A stretch of DNA of 64,000 bases, taken from a virus (lineage: Duplodnaviria; Caudoviricetes). The first letter of the stretch is position 1. Each line of letters begins with the position of its first letter. Under the pieces are notes generated by a model that was not told the DNA's origin, ran no database searches, and saw nothing but the letters and a program-made list of their open reading frames with translations. Positions 28,215 to 39,953 of this stretch are shown one piece after another. The stretch is taken from positions 125,902-189,901 of IMG/VR virus record IMGVR_UViG_3300042275_000518; one strand, written 5' to 3'. The position numbers were made by a program, and so were the translations under genes.

Positions 28215-30790
28215 TTAACGGATTATTACTAATTTTTTCTTCGCACGAGTTATTGAGGTGTATAAATGTTTATTTGCATCCTTGCCAAAAACATGACTTT
28301 CATCTATAATGACTACTTTGTCCCACTCACTACCTTGTGCTTTATGGGTAGAAATTACATAGCCATATTCTAATCTATTTATTTGCCTATCTTCTAAAGC
28401 ATCTCTTTCATTGAGTATATATTCCATAACCCTCTTACGGAAGTCTTCAATATCTTCATTATACCCTTTTTTGGTAAGCCATTTTTTAAGTTTGTATTCT
28501 CCATTTGCCATAAAATAAGCTTTTTGGTGCATATCATATGACCATTTATCATTTAGAAATATTCCTGTATCATATATAATATCTTCTGTAATCTCCTCAA
28601 GGAAATCAGCTTTGAAAGATACAACGCCGAGATTAATTTTTTCTTCAAGAACTTTATTAGTTTCTATGCTCCCGATTGTACCGTTAACAAGATTATACTT
28701 TTCCTCTTCATCTAGAAACAACTGCCAGTTATTGACTGTAAATATAACTTTATCACCTTGTATAGGAAGCTTATTTGCAATAGTATCAATACCTTTGTAT
28801 TTTCTAATCTCATTATTCCAATACTTACGAGTTGAGTTAGTCCCACATATAACTTGATCTGCTTTTAGTAGAAGATTCTTCATCTGTACTGGTGTTATCA
28901 TATTCCGATTTAATACTAGAACATCACCATAATCACCATAAGGAATATCCCGACCAGTTCTTGCAAGTGTTGCAAGTTTAATAATTGGGTTATCTTCAGC
29001 CTGACGAACTATTTCTTCAAGGATGTAATTTGGTTTTTCTAAATAATCATTAGACCCCTCTATTGGGGGTAATTGCTTGTCATTCAATTAAAGTCGTTAA
29101 TTTTAATTCGTTCTCTTATGAACTGCTGCATATTTCTATACAGATTGGACTATATCTTCTCCTATAGGAGTTTCCCGCTTCCACCCACTTGGGTGTACTC
29201 TACTAAATTACTATTATATTCTTCATAATAATTATTGAGATTGATTTCGTTATCTTTATTTATAGAATATAAATTGTATTTTTCGATAGTCTCTGAACTT
29301 TTTCCAGATATAATATTATTAATTATTTTCTTAACTCTTGTATTATGTTTATATGGTATTCTAATGAGAGTATATTGTGTATTTTTTACATAATTATTCT
29401 TTATATTATCATTTGTATGTGAGTTTATAAATTTTTCCAAATCTGTATGAAATGCAAATTCAAAATGTTGTCGTCCATCGTATTCTATTATTATATTAAG
29501 TTCTGGTATAAAAATATCATATCTAAGCGGCCCACCACCAACCCCGTTTATTCCCGGAGACCATTCTTGATAAAATTCTATATTATTTTCATTTAATATA
29601 TTTCTAATAGTTCTTATGGCATATGAATTTCTTTTTTCACAGTAGGGACATCTTCTTCCACGTAAAAAATGTGTTGGTGCCACTTTATAATGATGACCAC
29701 AAGAATGTCTAACTTCAATTTTCGTTTTATCATTCTTATATTTTTCTAAAAATGTATAGTCATTTGCATTTTCTAGTTTAGACACTTCTTTTAAGAATTC
29801 CTCATTAGTTTTCTTTTTCGTTCCACCACATACTGGACAACCTCTGCCATTTACTAAATAGGAAGGTTCCATTTCAAATTCAAAGCCACAACTATGTTTA
29901 AATCAACATTTATCTTTATAAGATTTAAATCCGGACAAATAAGTATAACCTTCTGGAATTTCATCTAAAAGGTTTTCTTTTGTTAAATTTTTTCTTTTGC
30001 ATTTTGGACATCCACCCTTTTTTCTCAATAAATCTTTTGGTATTGAGAGAAATTCATGCCCACAATTATGTTTTATAAGAATTTTTGTTTTATTATTCTT
30101 ATACTCATCTAAAACTTCGTATTCTTTACCATATATATCATATACTTCTTTTTTAAAACATTCGAGAGTTTTTTGTTTTCCCATAATATCGCCTCCATAA
30201 TAAAATATTGTTAGCGACTGAGTACAGCTTTTTTCTTAATTAATAAACTGGAACTTAGCTGCTGATTGTCTTCGCCATTACGCGGTCAGAGTTTCCAGCA
30301 ATTCAAGAAATTTATTTTATAGACCCAAGCCAATTTCTAAACCAGGGTCACCTACACCTAAAACTGGTATTCCAAAACTTAATAAATCTTTCATTATCTT
30401 TTTATTTACCATTGAGATCTCATCGACTATAATCAGTTTATAACTTGGTATTGAATCATTCTTAACAAATTCAATTTTCTTTTCTACTATAGTCTCACCA
30501 TTTAATTTTGATTTAAATTCTTTTTCGACAGGAGTATAAACTAGTCTATGAATAGTTGTTGCAGGTAGACCTTTTACAAGTAATACACTTGCAGCTTTCC
30601 CTGTATATGCAACAAACGATATTTGATGTTTCTTCAATCCCAGGTGCTTAGGCAACTTAGATATTAGATAACTTTTACCAGTTCCAGCGTAGCCTGACAA
30701 ATAGAAGAAATTTGACTTTCTTTCTTTATTATTATACCATTCTTCTATAAGATTCATGGCATTCTCTTGGTCTTTTGTAAATTGCTCCAT
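28215..30790 (-). CDS. SF1B Dda/RecD-like DNA helicase, spliced: exons 30341-30790 and 28215-29075, 436 aa
   Basis: GYAGTGKS, AYTGKAA, TIHR, VDEISM; splicing gives motif III GDPG|QLPPI; VRQA, THKAQGSEW, YTSITRA. Confidence 0.9.
29076..30340 (-). mobile_element. Group I intron in the helicase gene (1265 nt) carrying a homing endonuclease
   Basis: P1 GACCCUGGU/GCUUGGGUC, P10 AAUUG/CAAUU, conserved core, terminal G at 29076. Confidence 0.9.
29162..30184 (-). CDS. Intron-encoded homing endonuclease (zinc ribbons plus PD-(D/E)XK/Vsr-like domain), 340 aa with TGA=Trp at 29903-29905
   Basis: ORFs 29903..30184 and 29162..29872 are in frame via KDKC[W]FKHSCGFEFEM, matching sister repeats TKILIKHNCGHEF and TKIEVRHSCGHHY; LRYDIFIP..IEYDGRQHF. 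Confidence 0.85.
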
Positions 30791-30856
30791 CTCTTCACCC
30801 TTTTCTTCACATATAAAAAGTAGTTCAAAGCAATCTAAATAATAAAAAAGAATGCT

Positions 30857-31111
30857 TTATTGCATTCTTTTATCTTTTCTTGACGTTAAAACCCAACCTC
30901 CAATTAGGAGCAGCAAATTAATCCAAGAGAAAACTGCTGAAACAAGTGGTTCATCAAATCCTAGACTTAGTCCAAGACTAATTAATAGTAAACCTATTAT
31001 TAGTATTGCAAAGTTTCTGCTGGTTCTATAGTCACCTTTCATTTCAAAATATACTTCTAAAACAATTACAATTGTTGTCAAAATCCTTACTGATAAAAAT
31101 AATATCAACAT
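30857..31111 (-). CDS. Small three-TM membrane protein
   Basis: Hydrophobic; SD GGAGG; early motif at 31148. Confidence 0.65.
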   Translation of the reverse strand: MLILFLSVRILTTIVIVLEVYFEMKGDYRTSRNFAILIIGLLLISLGLSLGFDEPLVSAVFSWINLLLLIGGWVLTSRKDKRMQ

Positions 31112-31187
31112 ATATTTTCCTCCTATTTTCTATATATTGCTATAATTATAATATATATTTAAAAAATAAGAATACCATAAGGTATCC

Positions 31188-31685
31188 TTATTTTATTTGT
31201 AGGCCTGTTAGACCAATAGTTTTTGTTTTTGTTTCTACGGCTTCCTCTGCACTCTTAACTTTTTTAAATTTTGAAAAATTGATTTTAGGTAATTTAATAG
31301 AAGGAAGATTTAATTTTTTTCTTTCTTTCTTAGCTTTAAGTGGTCTTGTTTGTGCAGCTTTTTTCAAATTTTCCCTAGTAGGCGCCGGAACAGTTGAGAT
31401 TTTCTTAGGTTTTTCCGTTTTAGTTTCCATTCTCTTATTATATCTCGCCGAAATTAAAAGAACGATTATAGTAAATGGTATCATAATCATTAATACAAAT
31501 ATAGCAAATGATTCAAGACTATCTCGAGTTAAACCTAAATACTCTTTAATTTGCACTAACACTGGAATGCTGTAAAGGAACGCAATAATTTGGTCTCCAA
31601 AGAATACAAATCCTGCAAATGTTGCAAATAATGCTAACCAAAATAACACTATAAATACCTTAAAAGTGATAAGTAATGACTTCAT
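31188..31685 (-). CDS. Two-TM membrane protein with basic C-terminal tail
   Basis: SD AAGGAGG; AACA-N6-TA at 31715-31726. Confidence 0.7.
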   Translation of the reverse strand: MKSLLITFKVFIVLFWLALFATFAGFVFFGDQIIAFLYSIPVLVQIKEYLGLTRDSLESFAIFVLMIMIPFTIIVLLISARYNKRMETKTEKPKKISTVPAPTRENLKKAAQTRPLKAKKERKKLNLPSIKLPKINFSKFKKVKSAEEAVETKTKTIGLTGLQIK

Positions 31686-31797
31686 AATAATTCCTCCTTA
31701 CATCTAACTTCATATAATAATTTGTTCAATAATAATTGCTGTCCTATTTGAAACAATATTTTATAAGTGATAAATAAAGTTATAAAGGAGAGATATT

Positions 31798-32253
31798 ATG
31801 AATTTTTGGGATTGGATTGCACAGAACCCAGCAATATTAGTTACTAGTTTAGTCTTAATGGCAACAACAATGTTTACAATATTCGCCAAAGTTATTATTG
31901 GTATTTTCCAACTTGGTGTTAAGTTCCGCCAGGACTATGCGACAAAAAGAGACCAATTAAGATTTGAGTCTGAGATGAGAGATATGTTTAAGGACTACAA
32001 AGAAGAATTGCTTAAAACTGTTATGAGTGCTGCAATGGAAATGATTCGTGAAAAATTAAAAGAAATCAAAGATATTAAAGATGTAGCTCAAACTGTTAAG
32101 ATTATAGAAAAAGAGCTTCAAATCAAAATGCAAAATATGATGGACCGTATCGATGAAACAAAAGCATTGGGTGATAACATCAGAGCACTTAATGCAAAAG
32201 TTGACCGCTTGCAATATGGCCAAAGTGCCGCTCCTACAAGAAGAAAAGAATAG
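31798..32253 (+). CDS. Membrane-anchored coiled-coil protein (possible lysis accessory)
   Basis: N-terminal TM followed by heptad-rich helix; late motif at 31752. Confidence 0.7.
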   Translation: MNFWDWIAQNPAILVTSLVLMATTMFTIFAKVIIGIFQLGVKFRQDYATKRDQLRFESEMRDMFKDYKEELLKTVMSAAMEMIREKLKEIKDIKDVAQTVKIIEKELQIKMQNMMDRIDETKALGDNIRALNAKVDRLQYGQSAAPTRRKE

Positions 32254-32328
32254 CATTGCTATTCTTTTTAATTTTCAAAGTTTTTTATATGCTGAACAAT
32301 ATTTTATATGACAAAAAGAGGTGATATT

Positions 32329-33060
32329 ATGGTGTATTTAAAGAATAAAATAGATATAGATGATTATTTCATCGGCAAGGTTCTAGAAATAGATAGAACA
32401 ACACGTGAAATATCTGTGCATATTCCACAATTAATGCCCGCTATCGCTTCTGAAGAGTTACAAATGAGCGAAATACAGACAACTACAAACACAAAAATAT
32501 CTGGACTAGAATATAGTAATAGAATATCTATAAGAAACTCATTCTGAACCAGACCATTAGATTTCGAAGAACCACTGCCAAAAGTTGGCAGTAAAGTGAG
32601 AGTATGGATTATGGACGGAAATCCGAGAATGGCTTTCTGGGATAAGTTTAATCCAAATAATAACTATGAAGTTATTGATGAAGAAAAATATGCATCACTA
32701 TTTAAATTAAGAATGAACTTACAAGACATCGATATTTTTGAAGAAGATACACTTGTATTTAATCTTCCTGAAAATAGTAGCATTGCATATAATGCAGAAG
32801 AAAAAACTAAAACAATCAATTTAAAACAGTCAGAAAACTATGTGGTAACAGAAATTACACCATCAGCGCCTTTTGAAGGTTTATTATGGTATCATCCAAC
32901 ATCTAAAATATTGAGACTGTATAAAAATGGAAGTTTTAGAAAAATGCTAACTGAAGATGAGGTCAATTCCCTTATTTCAGATTTAAACGATACAATAAGT
33001 AGTTTAAACAGTACAATATCATCACTTGATGCAAGGGTAACTGCCCTAGAAACACCATAG
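32329..33060 (+). CDS. Baseplate gp5/gpV-type OB-fold protein, 243 aa with TGA=Trp at 32545-32547
   Basis: IGKVLEID..ISVHIPQL..NSF[W]TRP..LPKVGSKVRVWIMDGNP fuses ORFs 32308 and 32596 in frame. Confidence 0.7.
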
Positions 33061-33075
33061 AAGGAGGGATAGCAT

Positions 33076-34452
33076 ATGAAATTACTACGTAAAGAACTTA
33101 AGATATACAGAGGAACTTACGCTGAAATCATGGAAGCAGAAACAATTGATATGGCTATCTACTTTGCATGGGACACCAGAGAGATATTTGTTGGAAATGC
33201 ATTAGGTGTTAAAGTTCCTTATAATGGCGGTGAAAGTTTAACTGCAAATCAGGTTAAATTATTAATAGATGAACAACTAACCACTGCAGGAATAGCCGCA
33301 GAAGTTTCAGATATAAAGAGATTACTTACATTAAATAATATAAATTATGCAAATGTAACCTCAATAGCTCAAGAAGCGTTGGATATAGTCAATACATTTG
33401 ATAGCACTCTAATGACACTGGTTAATGACGAAATTAATAGTGTTCTTGCCACTTGGGAAAGCACAACATTAGGTGATTTATATTTCAATAAAGAAGAAAC
33501 ATCGACACTTATAAATACTGAAATATCCACTTTAAGGGATAACGTATACTCTAAGATAGAAATCGATTCAATGGGACTAAATGATATTGCTTCAAATATT
33601 GAATTTCAACAATACAAAGGAGATATATCTAAATACTTCTCAGTAGAAACAATTATTACACAACAAACTGACAATATTGGTTCATTAGCATTAACTGACG
33701 GATTATATAAAATAAATTTCTCAACAGCTGGACAGTCTTTTGTAATAGTTAATGGTAGTGAAGTATCCCGTATAACACCTTCAGGAAAAGTTGAAATTTA
33801 TGATTCAGAGGTAGACACATGGTCAATTTATATAGATACCAATGATGTTGTATCTGTAAATAATATAACTCCAATTAATAATAATATTACGTTAACAGCT
33901 GATGATATTGATGGAACTACATTGAGAGCATGGAATAATGTTCTTGCACAAAATGGAGAAACTTATGTAGGTGCTGTCAATCCATTAGGAAGACACACCC
34001 AATATGATATTGGGGACTACTCTGTTGCATTTGGATATGATGTCCGTGCAATCGGTGATAATAGTATTGCAATTGGTAACCAATCTGAAGCAAATGCAGC
34101 TGGTTCTATACAATTAGGCCAAGGCAATAACACTGTTGCTAATAGCCTTAACGTTTGGGACTATCAACTAGTAAGAAGTGACGGGAAAATTCCACAAGAG
34201 AGAATTATAGAAAGATTTTTCGAATATCAACTAACAATTCAGCCTCAAAACTGGATTAACAACTCATATTCAGCAAATATTGAAGGTATGACAGCAGATG
34301 CCCTAGTTTGGGTTAGCCCAGACGCATCTAGTTTTGATGATTATGGAAAAAATGGAATAAGAGCTGTTTCTCAAGCCCTAAATACACTAGTTTTTGATTG
34401 CATTGAGACACCAACTACCCCAATTACTATAAATATAGTCTGGAGGGTGTAA
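33076..34452 (+). CDS. Tail fibre/baseplate protein with YadA-head-like repeats
   Basis: VVSVNN..NITLTADDI; SVAFG..AIGDNSIAIG..SIQLG. Confidence 0.75.
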   Translation: MKLLRKELKIYRGTYAEIMEAETIDMAIYFAWDTREIFVGNALGVKVPYNGGESLTANQVKLLIDEQLTTAGIAAEVSDIKRLLTLNNINYANVTSIAQEALDIVNTFDSTLMTLVNDEINSVLATWESTTLGDLYFNKEETSTLINTEISTLRDNVYSKIEIDSMGLNDIASNIEFQQYKGDISKYFSVETIITQQTDNIGSLALTDGLYKINFSTAGQSFVIVNGSEVSRITPSGKVEIYDSEVDTWSIYIDTNDVVSVNNITPINNNITLTADDIDGTTLRAWNNVLAQNGETYVGAVNPLGRHTQYDIGDYSVAFGYDVRAIGDNSIAIGNQSEANAAGSIQLGQGNNTVANSLNVWDYQLVRSDGKIPQERIIERFFEYQLTIQPQNWINNSYSANIEGMTADALVWVSPDASSFDDYGKNGIRAVSQALNTLVFDCIETPTTPITINIVWRV

Positions 34453-34453
34453 A

Positions 34454-35182
34454 ATGATTATAAATACGGTTAATTACGGCCAAAGAAATGACAAAACAAT
34501 AAATTTAGTGTCAAATATAGATACTGAAATATTCTCAACTGATGGAAATGATATAATTTTATCTTATTTTCATGAAGATAGTCTATATAATACAATTTCT
34601 GTCTCAACTTGTTTAAATGAAGAAATAATAAATACTATATTACTGGATAAGTTAACTCCATCTACTTGGAACGTATCAGGTATATTAGTCCTATCAGAAT
34701 TAAATATAGCAAGAATCATAGGAACTAATTATAAAGGTGAAACAGATAGTATAGATTTCAAAATATTATATTATCCAGCCGCTGCGAATATGACATTTGA
34801 GTTAGGTGGCGATGGACTTTATATTTTAACAGGTTATTCGAATTCCTCTGTTGCGTATTCATTAGAATTATTACCTTATGGATATATATCAACAGGTGGA
34901 ATACGAGAACTTTCTGTTATAGGTTCAGGGGTTTTCCAAGCAGATACATATTTGACAAGTATAACTCTGCCACATACTATAACTAAGATAGAAAGCAGTG
35001 CATTTGCAAATGCAAATAATCTAAGCAGTTTAACTATTTATGCAACAACTCCTCCTATATTAGAAGGAGACCCGTTTATAAATACTGAAATACAATTAAC
35101 AATATATGTCCCTGTAGAGTCATTAACTGACTATCAAAACACTTGGGGGAATATAACAACGGCAACAATATTGTCACTATAA
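34454..35182 (+). CDS. Protein with C-terminal BspA-type leucine-rich repeat
   Basis: IGSGVF..LTSITLPHTITKIESSAFANANNLSSLTIYATTPP..TIYVP..Y. Confidence 0.75.
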   Translation: MIINTVNYGQRNDKTINLVSNIDTEIFSTDGNDIILSYFHEDSLYNTISVSTCLNEEIINTILLDKLTPSTWNVSGILVLSELNIARIIGTNYKGETDSIDFKILYYPAAANMTFELGGDGLYILTGYSNSSVAYSLELLPYGYISTGGIRELSVIGSGVFQADTYLTSITLPHTITKIESSAFANANNLSSLTIYATTPPILEGDPFINTEIQLTIYVPVESLTDYQNTWGNITTATILSL

Positions 35183-35256
35183 ATTTTTAATATTTAAAAA
35201 ATAGAATAACAATATAATATATGAAATTTTTTACGAAAAATAAAGGAGAGAAAACT

Positions 35257-36090
35257 ATGGATGAAAAAGAAATGCTAAAAGCTGCTAAAGCTACACCGAA
35301 TAGCGAGATGACTCCAGAACTTCAAAAATATTTAGCGGAAGCTAGACAAAGAACTAAGGAAAAAATTAATACTATATTAAGAGCACTAGGTCTTATTGGC
35401 GCTGTTCTTATTTTCTTAGTGACTTTTGATGTTCTGTATGAAGGAACACTATTTGCAGCAATTTTCTCAAGAGCTGATTTTAAAGCTTATTGGGATGCTA
35501 TGACGTTAGGAAAATTCTATGATGACTGGCTTTACTGGAGAACTTGGTTACCTGTAACTTTATTGACTGCTATTTTGGTTTCATTATTTATTATGATGGC
35601 CTATGTTATTGCATTCAACGTTAGAGACCTTATTGCTACTATTAGAAACTTCTTCGGCATTGGTGAAGATGTTACTAAGGAACTTACTGGTGAACTTAGA
35701 GACGTTGCTAAAGAATCAGGTTTGGATAAAGTTACAAGCAAATTAGGTAAAAAGAAAAAAGCTTTATTCGAAGATGATGAAAAAGTTGACCTTTCTAAAT
35801 ACGACCTTTTAAAAGAGGCAGATGAAGAAGAAAAACCTAAACTTAGCAGAAAAGAAGAAAAGCTTATTAAAGAAATTGAAAAACTAAGCGAACCTGATAG
35901 TCAGGTAAAAGAAGAAGTAAAACAACTAGAACCAGAATCACAGGTACCTAAAATGTCTGATGATGAAATTAACAAAAAAATTGATGATATTCTAAATGAC
36001 CAATCTCTAACATCAGAGGAAGCTCAAAGACAAGTGGCTCAACTAGAAGCACAACTTGCTGGAAAATCAACTAAAAAACCATTATTCTAA
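35257..36090 (+). CDS. Membrane protein (2 TM) with charged C-terminal tail
   Basis: SD AAGGAG before ATG 35257; late motif at 35208. Confidence 0.75.
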   Translation: MDEKEMLKAAKATPNSEMTPELQKYLAEARQRTKEKINTILRALGLIGAVLIFLVTFDVLYEGTLFAAIFSRADFKAYWDAMTLGKFYDDWLYWRTWLPVTLLTAILVSLFIMMAYVIAFNVRDLIATIRNFFGIGEDVTKELTGELRDVAKESGLDKVTSKLGKKKKALFEDDEKVDLSKYDLLKEADEEEKPKLSRKEEKLIKEIEKLSEPDSQVKEEVKQLEPESQVPKMSDDEINKKIDDILNDQSLTSEEAQRQVAQLEAQLAGKSTKKPLF

Positions 36091-36092
36091 AA

Positions 36093-36123
36093 TAAAGAAA
36101 TGACTTCGGTCATTTCTTTTTTA
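36093..36123 (+). terminator. Intrinsic terminator
   Basis: AAAGAAATGAC-TTCG-GTCATTTCTTTTT. Confidence 0.85.
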
Positions 36124-36199
36124 TTATTTTTAACGAATGGCATATTTTGAACAATTATTTATATGAAAGAATTTCATTTTTATAACGGAGGTGACCAAT

Positions 36200-38839
36200 A
36201 TGTCAGAAAAAGTTACTCTAAGATTTGAGCAATTCGATGAAGTTGATGATTCCAATGTTGTATATCAGGGACCCATTTCAATATACAAAACAGTTGATAC
36301 TGTGGATGACTTAAAAAATCTGCCAGATGAAGTTGGTTTTCCTCAAATAGAAGATAATGAAGATAATGAAGCTGATATGACAGCTATGCCAAATGTGACA
36401 GTTAAAGTTAAGAATGTTACAAATGCACAGAACTCACAAGACTATCGAGGAGCATATTTTAGATATAATTATGTAACTGGTAGTTGGGGAGAAGTAATGC
36501 TAGGAACTCATAGTCATGAGAATAAAGATGTTTTAGATAAAATTACATCTGGTGACATTGGTTCTTGGGAAGATTTAAGTCAGTATCCAAGCACTATCCA
36601 TGGTGTATCTGGAACAGTTCTTCCAGTCGCTGATGTAACAACTGTTGATACATATTTCTTATTAAAGGGAGCTTCAGTTGAAGACCCAAGAACTTTATAT
36701 ATAGGAATTGAAGAAACAGACATTACAACTAATTACTCATGGCAAGCATTAGAAAAAAATACTAATACATTATTTGTAGATACTACAAATTATTTATTAT
36801 ACAAAGCAGTAAGAACGGTTACAGATGGAGTAGTTGATATGCAATGGTTGAGTATTCCAATGCTTAACGGTGTAAGTTTTCCATTTGAACCTGATATAAA
36901 AGATACATATTTCAGAACTGATTTAAATAAATTATATATATTTGCTGGTGCAAAAGCTGGCGATAGAAAAATGCTTACACTTGAGGTTACAGACCCAGAT
37001 AATAGCGATTTCACATACTCATATGATGTTGCTTGGATGGAACTTCCTGAAAATATGCCAATCGTTCCAGAAGACGTTGAAGCTGGATCGTATCTTGGGC
37101 TAGATAGTGCAAATAAACCTGTATGGAAAAACTCATTTGCACCTACACAAGTATTTCAAGTTAAGAGAATAACAATAGTTAGTGAAAATCCTGGTATTGA
37201 TGAAGAACCAGCTGGAACTATACTTCACGTTGCAGATGTTGATTATGACGCATCTACTGATGAAGTTCTAGTTATGGAGGGAAACTTCTTCTTACACAAT
37301 AGGGATATTATATATGATAGTAATTTAAGAGTTTTAGAAGTTCATGCTAACGAAGGAAGTTTTGATGTTGGCGAAATTATTACAGTTATTATAATTCGTA
37401 ATGGTGCCGCAGCAATCATGGACCAACTTGCCGCTGATTATGTAACTAAAGCTGACGCCATTAGTTTATTGTCAGGTGGTAGTGTAAATCTTCGAAACTA
37501 TGCAACTAAAACTGATTTACAAACAAGAGCCCTAAGAGACCATTATCATAGTGAGTATGCAAGACATCAACATGACCATGATTATCGTTATGCTAATTTC
37601 AAACATACACATGATGAGTATCTAACAAGAAGGAAAGTTCTAGAACTAATTCAAGAACGTCTTCAAATGGACCCAAATACTCTTGATATATTGCAACAAA
37701 TTTCAGATTATTTAGCAGCTAACCAAACAGGTTTATATGATTTTATAAATGGTTTAAACAATGTGGCTGGTGAAGATGATATTGATAATCTACAAGCACA
37801 AATAGACGCGTTACATAATACTTATTACGATGAAACAGAACTTACAACATTCGTTAGTTCTTATATAGAAAATTATTATGGAATTAGAACAGACCAAATT
37901 AGAACTGAGTATACAGACACTTTTGGTGTGCCTAAAAATCTTACTCAGGTTCTACAAGAAATCCGAGACGATATTGATGGTGACCTAAGGGTTATAGATA
38001 GTGAGAACGTAACATTAGATGCTCCTATTACAGTTGAACTTGGACCTGATGGTTATGTAGGTGACTGGGACACTGATGAAGTAATTCCTGAGGGAATGAC
38101 ATTACAAGCTATTATTGAAAGAATAGTGAGAAGAAAAATAGTTCCAACTTATGAAGCACCTGAACTTATAGTAACATTTGATATGCCAGCATTGGTAGAA
38201 ATCGGTGAAACTATTAGCGCTCATATTACTTCATTATATGAAATAAATGACGGTGGTTCACTTGACACTTATAAGGTTGAACTGACATCTGGATTTGAAT
38301 CTAATGTCTTATTAAGTGCAACTCAATTAGCAGATTACACAGGTGATATAACTTTCACAGATGAAGAAGCAACTATTTCAGTTTACGCGACATACAATGG
38401 TGGACCTACAAAATATGATAACTTAGGTAATGCTTATCCAGATGAGAGAATACTTGCTGGAACAACCGAAGTTATTGAACAGGTTTACACACCATTAAGA
38501 GGAGTATTTTATGGTTCTCTTTCAACAGTGGAGACTATTAACAGTACAACTGTCAGAAGTCTATCAAGATATCTAAATACTGATTATACTAATCTCGAAA
38601 TTGATTATACAGTTCCAGTAGGAAGTAGAATGATTATATTTGCTTTACCTGCAATTGAAGGAACACTTGATGAAATACAATATAGAGAACAATTCTATGC
38701 TGATATTCTGCCAAACTTTACAGTTCAACAGATAACGGTAGAAGGAGCAAATGGCGCAGCGGGTATTATTTATAATGTCTATAGTTATACTCTTCCATTT
38801 GCAAATACTAATAAGATGCATTTAAAATTTATTAAATAG
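36200..38839 (+). CDS. Large virion structural protein (tail/baseplate-associated)
   Basis: HSHENKDVLDKI and HxH repeats (HYH..HDHD..HTHDEY) typical of fibre trimers; acidic beta-rich C-terminus. Confidence 0.75.
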   Translation: MSEKVTLRFEQFDEVDDSNVVYQGPISIYKTVDTVDDLKNLPDEVGFPQIEDNEDNEADMTAMPNVTVKVKNVTNAQNSQDYRGAYFRYNYVTGSWGEVMLGTHSHENKDVLDKITSGDIGSWEDLSQYPSTIHGVSGTVLPVADVTTVDTYFLLKGASVEDPRTLYIGIEETDITTNYSWQALEKNTNTLFVDTTNYLLYKAVRTVTDGVVDMQWLSIPMLNGVSFPFEPDIKDTYFRTDLNKLYIFAGAKAGDRKMLTLEVTDPDNSDFTYSYDVAWMELPENMPIVPEDVEAGSYLGLDSANKPVWKNSFAPTQVFQVKRITIVSENPGIDEEPAGTILHVADVDYDASTDEVLVMEGNFFLHNRDIIYDSNLRVLEVHANEGSFDVGEIITVIIIRNGAAAIMDQLAADYVTKADAISLLSGGSVNLRNYATKTDLQTRALRDHYHSEYARHQHDHDYRYANFKHTHDEYLTRRKVLELIQERLQMDPNTLDILQQISDYLAANQTGLYDFINGLNNVAGEDDIDNLQAQIDALHNTYYDETELTTFVSSYIENYYGIRTDQIRTEYTDTFGVPKNLTQVLQEIRDDIDGDLRVIDSENVTLDAPITVELGPDGYVGDWDTDEVIPEGMTLQAIIERIVRRKIVPTYEAPELIVTFDMPALVEIGETISAHITSLYEINDGGSLDTYKVELTSGFESNVLLSATQLADYTGDITFTDEEATISVYATYNGGPTKYDNLGNAYPDERILAGTTEVIEQVYTPLRGVFYGSLSTVETINSTTVRSLSRYLNTDYTNLEIDYTVPVGSRMIIFALPAIEGTLDEIQYREQFYADILPNFTVQQITVEGANGAAGIIYNVYSYTLPFANTNKMHLKFIK

Positions 38840-38867
38840 GACAACGTAGGAAGGAGTTGATAGATAT

Positions 38868-39728
38868 ATGGCTACTGAATTATTTAATGGCTTTATAAGA
38901 CTCGATAATTTTCCATTAGATGAAAGGTCTATCTTCTCTAATTATCAAGATGCAAATGATTATGCTGCGACGGATCCAACTGCTTATGCTGGACAGATTA
39001 TTGCAGTTGTAAACGAAATTGATAGAGAAGTTTCTATATATAATCTTATCTTCTCCTCTGATGAGTCCAGAAATTTTGATTTACAAGGTATTGCTGGTAG
39101 TGGAAACGGGACCGTTGAGTTTATCAATGGCTTAGCTCCTATTGGTGACACTGGGAACGTAATCATTACAGCTTCTGATATTACTATTTCAACAGAAGAT
39201 GCTAGAACTATCGCAGAAGCATTTGCTACATTTGATAGTATATCTGAAACAGAAATTGAACTATTATTTAGTAAAATAATTAACGTTGAACGCATTACAG
39301 GTTTAGCTACAGAACAAATACAAGATCCAAGCGATGCTGTCAACCTAGAATATCTACAACAAACACAAGCAACAATCATGACAGGTGCTACACGAACAGT
39401 TCAGGCAACCCTAACAAATGCTGGCCGTAATAATAGCAGCCCTGATTGGTATGATTTTAAAAATGGTGATATAATTAATAGAATCACTGTAAAAATTATT
39501 GAACCATATCAAGAAGTTGGAATCAGATTAAAAATAGGTTCATATACATTAGTTGAACCTGATGATATATTTGAAACAGAAATTGGAACCTATATAGTCG
39601 AGCCAAGTCTGAAACTATCATTATTAACTCCAAGGTCATTGGAAGTAGTTTTAGACGGTACATCGACAACAGGTTCAGCAACAGTATATATAGAATTTAC
39701 ACAAAATCCTTACGATAGTATACAATAA
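38868..39728 (+). CDS. Virion structural protein
   Basis: FPLDERS..YA..AYAGQIIAV; DAVNLEYL fibre motif. Confidence 0.7.
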   Translation: MATELFNGFIRLDNFPLDERSIFSNYQDANDYAATDPTAYAGQIIAVVNEIDREVSIYNLIFSSDESRNFDLQGIAGSGNGTVEFINGLAPIGDTGNVIITASDITISTEDARTIAEAFATFDSISETEIELLFSKIINVERITGLATEQIQDPSDAVNLEYLQQTQATIMTGATRTVQATLTNAGRNNSSPDWYDFKNGDIINRITVKIIEPYQEVGIRLKIGSYTLVEPDDIFETEIGTYIVEPSLKLSLLTPRSLEVVLDGTSTTGSATVYIEFTQNPYDSIQ

Positions 39729-39953
39729 TGATACTATATTTCTAATAGGGTTCGCCCCTAATATTCGCATCAGCGCTTAATAGAAGTTACTAATCATTAG
39801 AGTTATATTTCAAAGGAGAATTAATTTCATAAAGGGTTATCCTTTAAGGGAAAAATTTTCTTAAAAAAATTTAACTTTTAATGTTTAAATAATTTCTACA
39901 AGAAAAGCGCTCAGGTGCTTTTCTTTTTAATAACAAATAAGGGAGGTTATATT

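Noticed and set aside
28215-30790. Intein in the helicase or recA
   Set aside because: The insertions contain stops and RNA core motifs and lack Cys/Ser...His-Asn intein ends.
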